Shown piece by piece: positions 27,514 to 38,030 of a DNA stretch of 64,000 bases. Both the position numbers and the translations under genes were made by a program. The notes under the pieces are model-generated. The model ran no database searches. It was not told the DNA's origin and worked only from the letters and a program-made list of their open reading frames with translations. The stretch covers positions 1 through 64,000 of IMG/VR virus record IMGVR_UViG_3300010429_001696. One strand, written 5' to 3'. The DNA comes from a virus. Taxonomy: Duplodnaviria; Caudoviricetes. Positions within the stretch are counted from its first letter, which is position 1. The number at the start of each line of letters is the position of its first letter.

Positions 27514-29889
27514 TTAATTTTCATAATTCCATGAGGCTATTGAATTTATTATCGCTTTCATCCAGTCAATAATAAGATAGCCATGTTTAATGCTATCATA
27601 TCCTGTCAATTTATTCCTTAGATACATTGTTAGTCCAGATGTATATTGTAATTCTCCTGACGCTTTACCTGCTCTTGTAACAAAACTTGCACTTGTCAGA
27701 TATGTAGTAAATGAATCTGAATGCAAAAGCACACCGCCAACAGTTTCATCCCTATTAACTGCAATTATATAATCGAATGAGCCAGAACCTATAAATGCCT
27801 TTAAATCTGTTACTTCTTCTTCTAAGCCTGCATCCCAATTTGATATAGTAGTATTTTTAGGATTTGCACTTGGTATAAATGTTATATTGCACTCATTTAA
27901 TAGCTGTATTGTAGCAGGTTTATCGTCTGATAATATCTGATTTATTGCACCGTGTATCGTTAATTGGTCGTGATTTGTATTAGTCACTCCAACAACTAAT
28001 ACCTTCTTTTCTCCGCTACCAATTACTATTTTATAGACATCTGTACCGTCTAAATCATATATAACCGATGCTGTATTGTGTTTTGCGATAATATCAGCAT
28101 AACTTGTATCAAGTTTCCCAAATTCATATGAGTAAAAAGATGGAGCTATGCACTTGTCATAATAAATTGAATCGTAAACTTTTTTTACCGCATTATGCAA
28201 CACTTTTGACCCACATAACATTAACTCAACTGCTCTGATAGTACGAACAGAATCGCTCAGCCAATAGTCTGACGCCCTGCTTGTTTCTGAGCAATATCCT
28301 GGGATACCATAATTCTCAACTATATAACCAACTTCAAAACCAATTAGCCCATAATCTGCCCAGCTAAATGAACCGCCTGATTTAACAATAGCAATCCAAT
28401 CATTAATATAATTAGTCGCTTCTGTTTTGAATGCATATTGCATCCCCTCCTGATAGCCTGGCTCCGCGGCGAGTGTCTTATTGGAAAAATCATGACAAGC
28501 TAAATACCAATCAATCCCTGTTTTGCTTTTAAAATATGTTTTAATGTTTTGCGTTTCAGAAATGCTAAAAGGTGCTATACCTTTTTTAGTTGGATTATAT
28601 GTTTGATCATCCCAGCAATAATCAAAATTTGCTGATATATCAACACCATCATAAGGGTATCGTTGTGAGTTTTCAAATCCATAAGGATTAATTATTGGGA
28701 TAATAAATATCCTATAATTTTCAGCCATATATTCAATAAAATCGCCCCCCGTATGGTTGCATATTCTTCGTATAAACTCGATAGACGCATATTTAGAATA
28801 CGGTTCATCTCCATGTGCTCCGCTTGTAAATAATGCAGTATATTGATATGATGATGGTATAAACTCATACGCAAACATATCATAAGTACCCGACCCATCC
28901 TTTCCTATGTTTACTTTATTTACAATCCCATTATAATTCGTCGTATAGCTATCTATTAGCGCAATCTGCTGCGAATATGTTTCTGAGTAAGAAAATGTAT
29001 CAATATCATCCACCAGCTCTACAAATAAATCAATGCCATAAATCAACTCATCCCATGCTGATTTTATAATATCAATATCAATCTGATCTAATCCGCTTCC
29101 GAAAAATCTCAACCCAACCGTATCTGATGTATAAAATAGTCTATTTGATCCTACTATTTTAGCACACAAATCAGGTATGGTTTCGTTTGCCAATGATGTA
29201 GAATTTGCATTCGCTAATCCTTTCCCGATTCCATCTATAAATAATTGATGCTGAGTTGCGTTTAACCTAACTCCTATGAATAATTTATTTGAATCATAGC
29301 CCCCATCTATCACTTCAAATGCACCTTGTATTCTCACATAACATTTACCATCTGCTAATCGTGTAATTAATACAACTCCAGGATTTCCTGAACCTGTATT
29401 ATATAACCCGCTCGCATAATCAGCTCCCAAAATTCTATTATTATAATACCAAATACCATTAGAACAATTATTTTGTGTATATAAAGTTCCTCCGTCAGCG
29501 GTAGGATTAAATCCTGTGTCTATATACGTTTGTGATGCTGGGATACCGGTAAATCCCTGTTCTTGTATATACGTTGGTGGTGTAGCACTTAATGTGGCTT
29601 TTCTTGATGGTGCATTCCACCATATCAAAGCGTCCTCTGCTGTTGGCATTCCTGCGGCATAAGGTAATAAACAGGCTAATTTAGCCCATGTATTACGGCT
29701 TGAGGCGTTGTCACCTTTTAATCTTTCAATAAATTTGTTTTGTCTAATTTGAACAGCAATTAAAGGTTTCTCACCTGTCATGGCTTCTTGAATTGCTTTA
29801 TATTCATCACAAAAAACGTTCAACTTTGACGCTTGCTGTGATGCAGCTATACTGAAAATCGAATATGTTATTCCTCCTAATGGTACCAT
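27514..29889 (-). CDS. M14 zinc carboxypeptidase-domain protein with N-terminal LamG-like region
   Basis: GAHGDE, IIPIINPYG, DISANFD, ACHD. Confidence 0.7.
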   Translation of the reverse strand: MVPLGGITYSIFSIAASQQASKLNVFCDEYKAIQEAMTGEKPLIAVQIRQNKFIERLKGDNASSRNTWAKLACLLPYAAGMPTAEDALIWWNAPSRKATLSATPPTYIQEQGFTGIPASQTYIDTGFNPTADGGTLYTQNNCSNGIWYYNNRILGADYASGLYNTGSGNPGVVLITRLADGKCYVRIQGAFEVIDGGYDSNKLFIGVRLNATQHQLFIDGIGKGLANANSTSLANETIPDLCAKIVGSNRLFYTSDTVGLRFFGSGLDQIDIDIIKSAWDELIYGIDLFVELVDDIDTFSYSETYSQQIALIDSYTTNYNGIVNKVNIGKDGSGTYDMFAYEFIPSSYQYTALFTSGAHGDEPYSKYASIEFIRRICNHTGGDFIEYMAENYRIFIIPIINPYGFENSQRYPYDGVDISANFDYCWDDQTYNPTKKGIAPFSISETQNIKTYFKSKTGIDWYLACHDFSNKTLAAEPGYQEGMQYAFKTEATNYINDWIAIVKSGGSFSWADYGLIGFEVGYIVENYGIPGYCSETSRASDYWLSDSVRTIRAVELMLCGSKVLHNAVKKVYDSIYYDKCIAPSFYSYEFGKLDTSYADIIAKHNTASVIYDLDGTDVYKIVIGSGEKKVLVVGVTNTNHDQLTIHGAINQILSDDKPATIQLLNECNITFIPSANPKNTTISNWDAGLEEEVTDLKAFIGSGSFDYIIAVNRDETVGGVLLHSDSFTTYLTSASFVTRAGKASGELQYTSGLTMYLRNKLTGYDSIKHGYLIIDWMKAIINSIASWNYEN

Positions 29890-29892
29890 TTT

Positions 29893-30540
29893 TTATGCCG
29901 TTCCTCCTATACAAGTCCAAGAATTTGTTCCAGTTTTTATTAAAACTAAAATATTATATTGCTCAGCTGTTTTTGGATTACCATGAACTGTAACGTTACC
30001 ATTTAATGCTGAAACTGTTATTTGATCCGTTCCAGATTGCTCAAGTATAGTTGTCATACCACTAGATATTAATTCAGTATCATTGTCTGGTACACTTATA
30101 GTTGAGCCAGTGCTAAACATCAAGTATTTGCTCATATCATTGCTTGTTAGTTGATAAGTTAGCCCTGTTATCAATTCAATAACGATATTGTCTGGCGATG
30201 ATAAACCAGATGAACCAGAAGACCCGTCTATTCCTACTCCACTCGTTCCACTGGTCCCACTAGTTCCATCTATTCCTATTCCACTAGTACCGCTTGTTCC
30301 AGATGTGCCAGAAGTTCCATCTATTCCTATTCCACTAGTACCGCTTGTTCCAGATGTGCCAGAAGTTCCATCTATTCCTACTCCACTCGTTCCACTGGTT
30401 CCATCTATTCCACTGGTTCCATCTATTCCACTCGTGCCACTCGAGCCATATGACGAGTCTCCATACACATAATCAAATAGCTCGTTTATTTTTTTCAGTT
30501 TATTATATTCGGGTTCTGTAAGTCTTATCCACTTTGCCAT
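29893..30540 (-). CDS. Gly/Thr/Ser-repeat (GTSGTSG) fibre-like protein
   Basis: Tandem DGTSGTSGTSG repeats; C-terminal LIKTGTNSW..IG domain typical of phage fibre proteins. Confidence 0.75.
   Translation of the reverse strand: MAKWIRLTEPEYNKLKKINELFDYVYGDSSYGSSGTSGIDGTSGIDGTSGTSGVGIDGTSGTSGTSGTSGIGIDGTSGTSGTSGTSGIGIDGTSGTSGTSGVGIDGSSGSSGLSSPDNIVIELITGLTYQLTSNDMSKYLMFSTGSTISVPDNDTELISSGMTTILEQSGTDQITVSALNGNVTVHGNPKTAEQYNILVLIKTGTNSWTCIGGTA
30225..30447 (-). repeat. Coding tandem repeats (GIDGTSGTSG)
   Basis: Duplicated 48-nt unit gttccatctattcctattccactagtaccgcttgttccagatgtgccagaa. Confidence 0.85.
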
Positions 30541-30752
30541 TTATTTCTGATATTTTTTATTTATATATTAATTTTAAATTTTATTAAAATGTGGACCCAA
30601 TAGCAGCATTTTTCATTCATAAAATCATCATACGTTTTAAGACTTCTCATGGTTCAAATATTCTATTTTTATTTATATATTAATTTTAAATTTTAAATTT
30701 TGAATTAATTAAAAATTTGACTTTTTTTAGCAATATATATAATTGATGCCAA

Positions 30753-31207
30753 ATGAACTACTACGACACTGAAGATGTCGTAGTTTCGGGAACATAATGT
30801 TCCTTCTCTTTAAGCGTTTCACAGATTACGCCAGATTTCTCTGGTCTTATTTGGTCTCCACGCTCGTAATCAGTCGTTCCAACTGATATATTTATTCTAT
30901 ATCCTTCGTTGAGGATATTAGTTGCTGCGTTAAAATCTCTATCGTGTTTCTCACCACATTTACAAGTCCACTCACGCACCTTTAATGTTAAACCATTATT
31001 TATCCAACCACATTTAGAACAAGTTTTGCTTGAAGGGAAGAACCTATCTATATGAACTACAGATTTATCATTCCATCCTGCTTTGTATTCAAGTGTGTCT
31101 ATGAACTTACTCCAACAAACATCACTAATGGCTTTTGATAGTTTATGATTTTTCATCATACCTTTTACATTTAAATCTTCCAGATATATTGTATCAAATT
31201 GCTTCAA
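30753..31207 (-). mobile_element. tnpB: 5'-truncated tnpB with intact IS200/IS605 right end and omegaRNA region
   Basis: IYLEDLNVKGM, FFPSSKTCSKCG, WTCKCGEKHDRDFNAATNI; terminal hairpin CTACGACATCTTCAGTGTCGTAG followed by TAGTTCAT. Confidence 0.88.
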
Positions 31208-31530
31208 AGGGAGAAAGAAAAATAAAACAAATTTTAGAAAAAAATGACGTGAATTATTTTTATGAATATAGGTTTAATGATTGCAGAAATGAACTACCTC
31301 TCCCATTTGATTTTTATTTACCTGATTTCAAAACTTGCATAGAATATGATGGAATTCAACATTTTGAGATAATAGAACATTTTGGTGGCGAAAATTCTTT
31401 TATAGAAAGGCGTTTAAAAGATGAAATTAAAAATAAATATTGTAAAGATAAAAAAATTAATTTGATTAGAATATCGCACAATAACTATGATAATATTGAA
31501 AAAATAATAAAAAATGAATTATTATATTAA
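31198..31530 (+). pseudogene. 5'-truncated DUF559/Vsr-like endonuclease
   Basis: SKGERKI..EYRFNDCR..LPFDFYLP..CIEYDGIQHF..D..KNKYC..LIRI; no plausible start. Confidence 0.8.
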
Positions 31531-31592
31531 TATATATAGAAAAAAAGAAAAAAAATATTAATATATAATTAAAAAAAAATAATTTATAAATT

Positions 31593-32099
31593 ATGACAAA
31601 CAACTTATTTGAATTCAGAGAATTTCAAAAGAAAAACAGAACCAAAACAAGGTTGAACGAAAATGTCCAGGCTGTTGATGACATATATCGCGTGCGCAAA
31701 CGAATTGATGTTCCCATGTCATTGGTTAATGCTTTCAAAAAGAAAGTAAAAGATGAGAGTGGAAAAAATATTGGTCAGTTTTATTCAGATGTTGAGTTAG
31801 CTGAAGAAATAGCTGATTATATCATTTCATCTTACGTTAGCATAGAGAACTTACCAGTGAATTTGATATTGGGTGATCAATATTCAAAAGCACAAGGTGG
31901 TCAAGGCCAACCAGATGAATTCGATGACACTCAACCTGTTCAAGGGCAACCTCAAGCTCAACCAGCTCCACAAGGACAACCACAGGCTCAGGCTCAACCA
32001 GCTCCACAGGCTCAGGCTCAACCAGCTCCACAGGCACCTGCTCCACAAGGTCAGGCTCAAAGAACAGCAGCACAAGTGCCACCAGCTCAGGCTATTTAA
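31593..32099 (+). CDS. Hypothetical protein with leader and Gln/Pro/Ala-rich tail
   Basis: LFEFREFQKK..LNE; QAQPAPQ repeats. Confidence 0.75.
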   Translation: MTNNLFEFREFQKKNRTKTRLNENVQAVDDIYRVRKRIDVPMSLVNAFKKKVKDESGKNIGQFYSDVELAEEIADYIISSYVSIENLPVNLILGDQYSKAQGGQGQPDEFDDTQPVQGQPQAQPAPQGQPQAQAQPAPQAQAQPAPQAPAPQGQAQRTAAQVPPAQAI

Positions 32100-32113
32100 A
32101 AAATTAAAGAAAC

Positions 32114-32827
32114 ATGGACGAACTCGAACATCTTTATAACATATACCAGTCAAATATAAAGACTGAAAAATTTATTGAGGAGAACAACAATTTCATCAAT
32201 GTTGGTGATATTGTTGTTGCCTCATATAATAATAAAGAAGTTCGTGGCGAAGTATCTGCAGTTTTAGAAAATAAATTTGAGATTAAAGGAAAAAATGGTA
32301 ACAAAATAAGAGTTACTATTGATGATATTATGGAGCATTATCCAAAAAATCGTCACTTTGAAAACAAGGTTTTAAAAAAGGATGATGAAGAAATCGTTGC
32401 TCAAAAGAAAAAGAAAACTTTTAAAGAAATTGAGCAAGACGAAATGAAAAACTCGCCAGACGATCAGGTCGATCTAACAATAAATGAAAAGATAAAGATT
32501 TTTGGCAAAGTACTAAAATATCAAGATGTGAAATATTCTGATATAGAAAATATGTTCGAAAAAAGAGTATTGACTGTTGAAAAAATATGGTATTGTATGA
32601 CAGAAAAACAGGGTGAAATTCACGTTGTTCGTCAAAATGAAAAGGGATTTAGAATACAACCATTTGCTATGAGCCTAATGGATCATTTTTTAAAAGTCAA
32701 ACCTTTAAATGAAGGATATAATCAAATAAAAATAAAAGGAAATGATAATTTCGCTATTCTATCGAATGTTCCTCCTTTAATTTATGGTAAAGTTTTAAAC
32801 GGTTTAATATCGCTTCTAAGTAAGTAA
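32114..32827 (+). CDS. Hypothetical protein (SH3-like N-terminus; paralog of 10104..10490)
   Basis: INVGDIVVA..GEV; shared KIWY..EKQ domain. Confidence 0.7.
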   Translation: MDELEHLYNIYQSNIKTEKFIEENNNFINVGDIVVASYNNKEVRGEVSAVLENKFEIKGKNGNKIRVTIDDIMEHYPKNRHFENKVLKKDDEEIVAQKKKKTFKEIEQDEMKNSPDDQVDLTINEKIKIFGKVLKYQDVKYSDIENMFEKRVLTVEKIWYCMTEKQGEIHVVRQNEKGFRIQPFAMSLMDHFLKVKPLNEGYNQIKIKGNDNFAILSNVPPLIYGKVLNGLISLLSK

Positions 32828-32948
32828 AAAAAAAATGAGTTATGAAAATTGTAATCCATCGTGGCCTTTCTCGAAATATGACATAGAAAAAATTGTTTAT
32901 TTACCAGAGTTTGGATGTTAAAAATGAAAAAAATAATAAAATAATAAA

Positions 32949-33155
32949 ATGGCAAAAATTAAAAGATTTGACGAAAATGAGATAAAATTGAGAAATACAT
33001 TTTATTTCATATATGATGAAAAAGATATAGAATTTCTTAAATCTTTAAAGTTAACAGACGAGCAAAATGCCAATCTATCAAGATTAATAGAAAATTATGG
33101 TCAAGACAAGTATTCTGAAGGATATACTGATGGATGTCAAAATGAAAGTTATTGA
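32949..33155 (+). CDS. Small leader-bearing protein
   Basis: MAKIKRFDE. Confidence 0.6.
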   Translation: MAKIKRFDENEIKLRNTFYFIYDEKDIEFLKSLKLTDEQNANLSRLIENYGQDKYSEGYTDGCQNESY

Positions 33156-33157
33156 TT

Positions 33158-33285
33158 TTTGTGATGTTTTCAATTCTTCTCCCTTGCATTTCTAATAACA
33201 TTTCTATATATTTAAATCCGAATCTGGTTAATCTATCTTTGTGTTCTACAATTATCACATCGATGTCTTTATCTTGAAGTAACAT
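33158..33285 (-). pseudogene. IS607 TnpA serine-resolvase fragment
   Basis: IDVIIVEHKDRLTRFGFKYIEMLLEMQGRRIE. Confidence 0.8.
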
Positions 33286-33383
33286 ATTTAATTTAGGGAT
33301 GTGGATTTAAAATATCCCACACATTTGAAGATGATTATCAAAAGTTTTTAAAACATCAATATTTCATTTATCTATATTGAAAT

Positions 33384-34106
33384 ATGAATTATATTTTATC
33401 AAACATTCTTTTCGGTTATCCAAAAATGGCAAAATATCAAATTGAATATTTTGATAATTATTTTGTTCCTTTGATACAAAAGCGTGGTTATCAAGAAGAT
33501 GATAAAATAATAATCACTGGAAATATATTTTATAACACGTCAAATGTAAGTTTTGAGCTACTCAGTAAAGCAATTTCTATATTGAATAGTCTGTCTTCTT
33601 GTGTTGAAATAGAAATTATGAACAATGAATACTGTGAAAATATAATAAAGAAAGAAAATATCACTTTTAAAAAAAATTCTTTTTATGACAATGTAAAACT
33701 CAATTTGTTTGGATTTAAAAAGAGTGAATATGATATAGGATTTGAAGTTGTTAAAGATGGTGAAATAAAATTTGTTGAAAATAAAAAATCACCAAGATTT
33801 GTAGAATGTAGAATAGATAAAATAGAAGATATTACAAATATGAACATTGACACTAAAAATTTTATTGATATCACGATAAATAGTGATTTGCTAGACACAC
33901 CAGAGCATAAAAATCTGATAAACATATTTTTATCTAAAAATATATTTAATAATGTTTATTATTCAGAAAAGTCAGAACCAAAAAGAAAGGATGCTGTGAT
34001 GGTGGAAGGCATCACTAATATAAGAGATATAATAATGAACAATATCGATGAAGATCTAAAAGATGATATGATGAATATTTTTAAACTGAGTGATGGAGTC
34101 TTTTAA
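33384..34106 (+). CDS. Degenerate gp47/Mre11-like recombination endonuclease homolog
   Basis: ILSNILFG..QIEYFDNYFVPLI..IIITGNIFYN..FVENKKSPRF follow the gp47 layout but metal ligands are replaced. Confidence 0.5.
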   Translation: MNYILSNILFGYPKMAKYQIEYFDNYFVPLIQKRGYQEDDKIIITGNIFYNTSNVSFELLSKAISILNSLSSCVEIEIMNNEYCENIIKKENITFKKNSFYDNVKLNLFGFKKSEYDIGFEVVKDGEIKFVENKKSPRFVECRIDKIEDITNMNIDTKNFIDITINSDLLDTPEHKNLINIFLSKNIFNNVYYSEKSEPKRKDAVMVEGITNIRDIIMNNIDEDLKDDMMNIFKLSDGVF

Positions 34107-34121
34107 AAAAAAATTATTTAT

Positions 34122-34790
34122 ATGAAATTTGATTATGAAACCGGATGTTATTATCCTGAAAATGAATTGGAAGGATGTAGAGGAACACATAAAGAAATAC
34201 CTTTGTACCTTTTAAATTTTGATGTATATCCAACTGATGTTGTTGTTGATCTCGGTATGTATATCGGTATGTTTGGTAGATATTGCATGAGTAAGGATGT
34301 TAAAAATTATTATGGATTTGAAGCGGATGAAAATTATTTTGAAATCGCTCGTAAGAATTTAGATCCAAACTATAAACTTTTCAACTTTATGATAAGTGAT
34401 AAAGTTGAAGACGTAATGTATGAATACTGGGGACATTCTGATTATAAGACAACTGTTGGACTTGTTGATGTCATGAGTCGTTATGAGCGTGTCGATCTTC
34501 TAAAAATGGATATCGAAGGATATGAGTATAAATTATTTAAAGATAAGAAATCGCTAGATTTTTTAATGTCAATAAATAAAATGTCATTTGAAATTCATGG
34601 AGTAAAAGAAAATTATGATTATATAATCAATTTGATAAAAGAATTTGAAGAAAAAGGTTATAATTATGACATTAGGGATGTTGTTGGGTTACAAGTAAAA
34701 GATGGTTTCATAAAAAATATCTGGTATCCAGATGTTTCTTCTCAGGCCAGAGATTGGTATAATGAATTAATCATATATTTTTGGAAATAA
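34122..34790 (+). CDS. FkbM-family methyltransferase
   Basis: VVDLGMYIG, FEAD, LLKMDIEGYE, FEIH. Confidence 0.85.
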   Translation: MKFDYETGCYYPENELEGCRGTHKEIPLYLLNFDVYPTDVVVDLGMYIGMFGRYCMSKDVKNYYGFEADENYFEIARKNLDPNYKLFNFMISDKVEDVMYEYWGHSDYKTTVGLVDVMSRYERVDLLKMDIEGYEYKLFKDKKSLDFLMSINKMSFEIHGVKENYDYIINLIKEFEEKGYNYDIRDVVGLQVKDGFIKNIWYPDVSSQARDWYNELIIYFWK

Positions 34791-34794
34791 GAGA

Positions 34795-35733
34795 TTAATA
34801 TTTAAATAATTTACTAACAGACATGTTTTTTTGATTTCTTATAATAGCGTCACCTAGTAAATTGGCTATTGTAATAACTGTTATCTTTTTATATTTCTCA
34901 TTTTCTTTTAACCTCAGAGGTATAGTGTCTGTAACAATCAATTCATCTATAACAGAATCTTCTATTTTTTGTTTGGCGCTGTTGGACAAGACTGGATGAA
35001 CAACAAGAGCTTTAACACTTTTAGCCCCCTTTTTCATAAGAAGTTCAGCACATTCTATTAGAGTTCCGCCCGAGTCAATGATATCATCAACAATGATAAC
35101 ATTTTTATCAGTAACATCACCAACGAGTATCATATCATCTATCTCTCCATCTTTATTGCGGTGTTTATGACAAATAACAAATTCAGTCTTTAAAATTCCA
35201 CTAAGATGTGCTGATTTTTTTGCTGCTCCAACATCTGGTGAGCAGAAAACCAAATTTTTAATTTTCGAATTTTCGATGTAAGGTACTTGTACATAAGAGG
35301 CAAATAATTGATCAAATGGTATGTTAAAAAATCCACTTGTTTGATCAGCGTGTAACTCGATTGCTACAACACGTGTTGCTCCAGCCGCTTCTAAAAAATC
35401 AGCCACCAATTTAGCCCCAACGCTAACTCTTGGGCGGTCTTTCCTATCTTGTCTCCCCATTGGATAATAAGTTAGAACAGCTATTATTCTCCTGGCGGAA
35501 GCTAATTTAGCTGCTTGCACGGCTAGACACAGCTCCATAAAATTATCAGAAGGTGAATAACAGCTAGATATAATATAAACATCTTTTCCTCTTATATTTT
35601 CACCGTAAGTGATTCTCATTTCTCCATCAGAGAATCTTTTGGTTTCCATTCTTCCTAGTCTTGTGTGACAATGTTTAGCTACCTTGTGCCCCAATTCCAG
35701 AGCTGATTGACAAGCGAAAATTTTCATAGACAA
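34795..35733 (-). CDS. prs: Ribose-phosphate pyrophosphokinase
   Basis: FSDGE, RQDRK, ELHADQ, SPDVG, IIVDDIIDSGGT. Confidence 0.95.
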   Translation of the reverse strand: MSMKIFACQSALELGHKVAKHCHTRLGRMETKRFSDGEMRITYGENIRGKDVYIISSCYSPSDNFMELCLAVQAAKLASARRIIAVLTYYPMGRQDRKDRPRVSVGAKLVADFLEAAGATRVVAIELHADQTSGFFNIPFDQLFASYVQVPYIENSKIKNLVFCSPDVGAAKKSAHLSGILKTEFVICHKHRNKDGEIDDMILVGDVTDKNVIIVDDIIDSGGTLIECAELLMKKGAKSVKALVVHPVLSNSAKQKIEDSVIDELIVTDTIPLRLKENEKYKKITVITIANLLGDAIIRNQKNMSVSKLFKY

Positions 35734-35847
35734 TATTGTTTTTTTAAATCAAAGGTTTCATATAAATATAAACAAAATTAAATAAAATGTTTATAACAAA
35801 AAACGAGTTTTTAAAAATAATATATAATAAAAAATAATTTAAAAAAA

Positions 35848-36402
35848 ATGGAAAGAAAAGGAATTAAAAATTTTGATGATTTTTTAAAAATTGAGAAAAA
35901 TGAAAATGAATTCGAAGAAAATCTTGATGTGAAAAACGTTGACATGGAAAACGATAATATTGAAGACATTGAAGACATTGATGATGATGTTGAAGATATA
36001 GATGAAATTGATAACGAAAAAGACATTGATGATGTTGAAAATTATGACGAATCAGATGATGAGGAAGAAGAATGGAAAGAAAAAATAAAAAATTCGTTAT
36101 CCACTATAATCTCTGAAGACAATATCTCGCCAGATGAATTACTTGATTTTATAGTAGAATACTTGAGCGATGAATATGATCTTAATGTCGATTTTGAACA
36201 AACCATTGATGATGAAGATGAAGAAGAGGAAGATTTAGATGAATTCGGCGATGATGATTTTGAAGATGAAGATCTTGAAGATGACGATCTTGAAGATGAA
36301 GAAGATGACGATCTTGAAGATCTTGAAGATGAAGAAGATGACGATCTTGAAGATCTTGAAGATGAAGAAGATGACGATCTTGAAGATGATGAAAAAAAAT
36401 AA
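35848..36402 (+). CDS. Highly acidic protein with leader (possible head core/scaffold component)
   Basis: IKNFDDFLK; DDDLEDLEDEE tandem repeats. Confidence 0.7.
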   Translation: MERKGIKNFDDFLKIEKNENEFEENLDVKNVDMENDNIEDIEDIDDDVEDIDEIDNEKDIDDVENYDESDDEEEEWKEKIKNSLSTIISEDNISPDELLDFIVEYLSDEYDLNVDFEQTIDDEDEEEEDLDEFGDDDFEDEDLEDDDLEDEEDDDLEDLEDEEDDDLEDLEDEEDDDLEDDEKK

Positions 36403-36411
36403 TTCATAAAG

Positions 36412-36819
36412 GTGAACAATGTTTCTATAAGGGATTTTCATAGTTTTGTGAAAGAAGATTCATTGAACGAACATTTATTGAAGATACCATTTGGTAAAGT
36501 AAAAAAGGTTATAATAAATCCCCACGGGCATCATTATATAAGAGATAAAATAGTTTGTTATGTCGGAAGAGATGAAAATGGGACATACATAAAATTCGAT
36601 GATTTGAATTGGAAAATATTAATAAAAAACCATATAAAAAATATTTTAGAAATAGATGAAAGTGGCAGAGAGATTCATGTCGAGCTAGAAAGAAAAAATG
36701 AAAGAAGAATGACGACGTTAGATTTCATTATATCACCATTTTCTATGACAAAGGATTTGAAGAAATCATTGGATAATAGTTATGTTTTTCACATAAAAGA
36801 CTATGACTCAATTGGTTAA
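36412..36819 (+). CDS. Hypothetical protein with leader
   Basis: IRDFHSFVKE..LNE. Confidence 0.65.
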   Translation: MNNVSIRDFHSFVKEDSLNEHLLKIPFGKVKKVIINPHGHHYIRDKIVCYVGRDENGTYIKFDDLNWKILIKNHIKNILEIDESGREIHVELERKNERRMTTLDFIISPFSMTKDLKKSLDNSYVFHIKDYDSIG

Positions 36820-36910
36820 TAATTTTTCGTTTTTTTACAATTTTTCAAAAAATGAAAAAAAAATATCAATATATACTTTCATAAAAAACAAAAAAAAAAT
36901 AATTGAAACG

Positions 36911-37129
36911 ATGGCAAAATTAGAAAATTTATTAAATTTCAATGATTTTGAAAAAAATTGGGAAGCAAAAAAACAAAAATCCACTAAAAGAACTGAAGTA
37001 GGATTGGATATTCTACAAGAAAAAGCATCCCCTAAACAAATTGAAGCCAGAAAGAAATTCATGGAAATGATCAAGAATAAAAAAGCTGGTAAGAAAGAAA
37101 AGAAGGGTTGCAAAAAATGTGGAGAATAA
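36911..37129 (+). CDS. Small basic protein, KRTEVG family
   Basis: MAKLENLLNFNDFEKNWEAKKQKSTKRTEVGLD; ATG at 36911. Confidence 0.7.
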   Translation: MAKLENLLNFNDFEKNWEAKKQKSTKRTEVGLDILQEKASPKQIEARKKFMEMIKNKKAGKKEKKGCKKCGE

Positions 37130-37147
37130 AAAAATAATAAATTAGAT

Positions 37148-37621
37148 ATGGGCAATTTAAATAATCTTTTTAATTTCAGCGATTTCGAAAAAAATTGGAA
37201 CGCTAAAAAGCAATCCTCAACAAAGAGAACTGAGGTTGGTCTAGATGTTCTAAACGAACATTTATATATGAAAGTAATGGATCAAGAAGCTACTGGATGG
37301 CAAGATAACGTTAAAAAATTCTTGAAAAGCGTTAATAAAAATATTGACATGAATCAGGCTAAGGACATCAAAATTGATGATGATACAGCTTTCTTCACAA
37401 TAAGAAACCGCAAACATGAAGTAAATAAAGAAAACGGCTCCATGACATTATGGAGAATGAAAACAACAGCTTTCAGAAAAAAGATTAAAGATGAAGCTGG
37501 TAGAATTCGCGAAGAAAGAAAACGCACAAAAGTTTCAGAAGAAATAGAAGTTCATGTTCCAATTGGAAAAGAAGAAGCCGCTAACTTATATGAAAAGCTA
37601 AAAGATAAAGCTGAAGATTAA
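37148..37621 (+). CDS. Hypothetical protein, KRTEVG family
   Basis: Shares ~37-aa N-terminus with the preceding gene. Confidence 0.75.
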   Translation: MGNLNNLFNFSDFEKNWNAKKQSSTKRTEVGLDVLNEHLYMKVMDQEATGWQDNVKKFLKSVNKNIDMNQAKDIKIDDDTAFFTIRNRKHEVNKENGSMTLWRMKTTAFRKKIKDEAGRIREERKRTKVSEEIEVHVPIGKEEAANLYEKLKDKAED

Positions 37622-37654
37622 TATTTTTTTTTCATATGTTTCATATTTTTTTTT

Positions 37655-37684
37655 AAGACCAGTTAAAAGCTGGTCTTTTTTTTT
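37655..37684 (+). terminator. Intrinsic terminator
   Basis: AAGACCAGTTAAAAGCTGGTCTT followed by T-tract. Confidence 0.75.
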
Positions 37685-37700
37685 AATATATAAAAATTAT

Positions 37701-38030
37701 ATGAAACACTTGAAACTATACGAGCAATATGATTTTGATGATCTCTCGGATGAAGAGCTTTTCGGTAAACCAGAAAAAGATTTGAAGCTTGCAAAATTGG
37801 GAGGATATTATTATGTTGTTTATAAAAGATCAAAAACATGGAGAAATATTTTATTGTTCGATGGGGGAGAAAATGATACAATAAGTAGAAACACCTTTGA
37901 GGATCTCAATCCTCCAACTCCAAAAATGGATAGTGCTATATTTGTTTTTAAAGGTGAGTATGGGAATATGTTTACTTATTACAAGTGGAAAAAATTACCA
38001 AAAGAGATAAAAGATAGAATAGATATATGA
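37701..38030 (+). CDS. Leader-bearing hypothetical protein
   Basis: MKHLKLYEQYDFDDLSDEELFG. Confidence 0.75.
   Translation: MKHLKLYEQYDFDDLSDEELFGKPEKDLKLAKLGGYYYVVYKRSKTWRNILLFDGGENDTISRNTFEDLNPPTPKMDSAIFVFKGEYGNMFTYYKWKKLPKEIKDRIDI

Noticed and set aside
30225-36395. Tandem repeats considered as a CRISPR array
   Set aside because: In-frame coding repeats with no unique spacers; no cas genes in the window.
30188-36441. Low-complexity antisense or alternate-frame ORFs (30188, 31837, 31873, 31884, 35811, 36042, 36235)
   Set aside because: Mirror products of repeat-rich coding genes.
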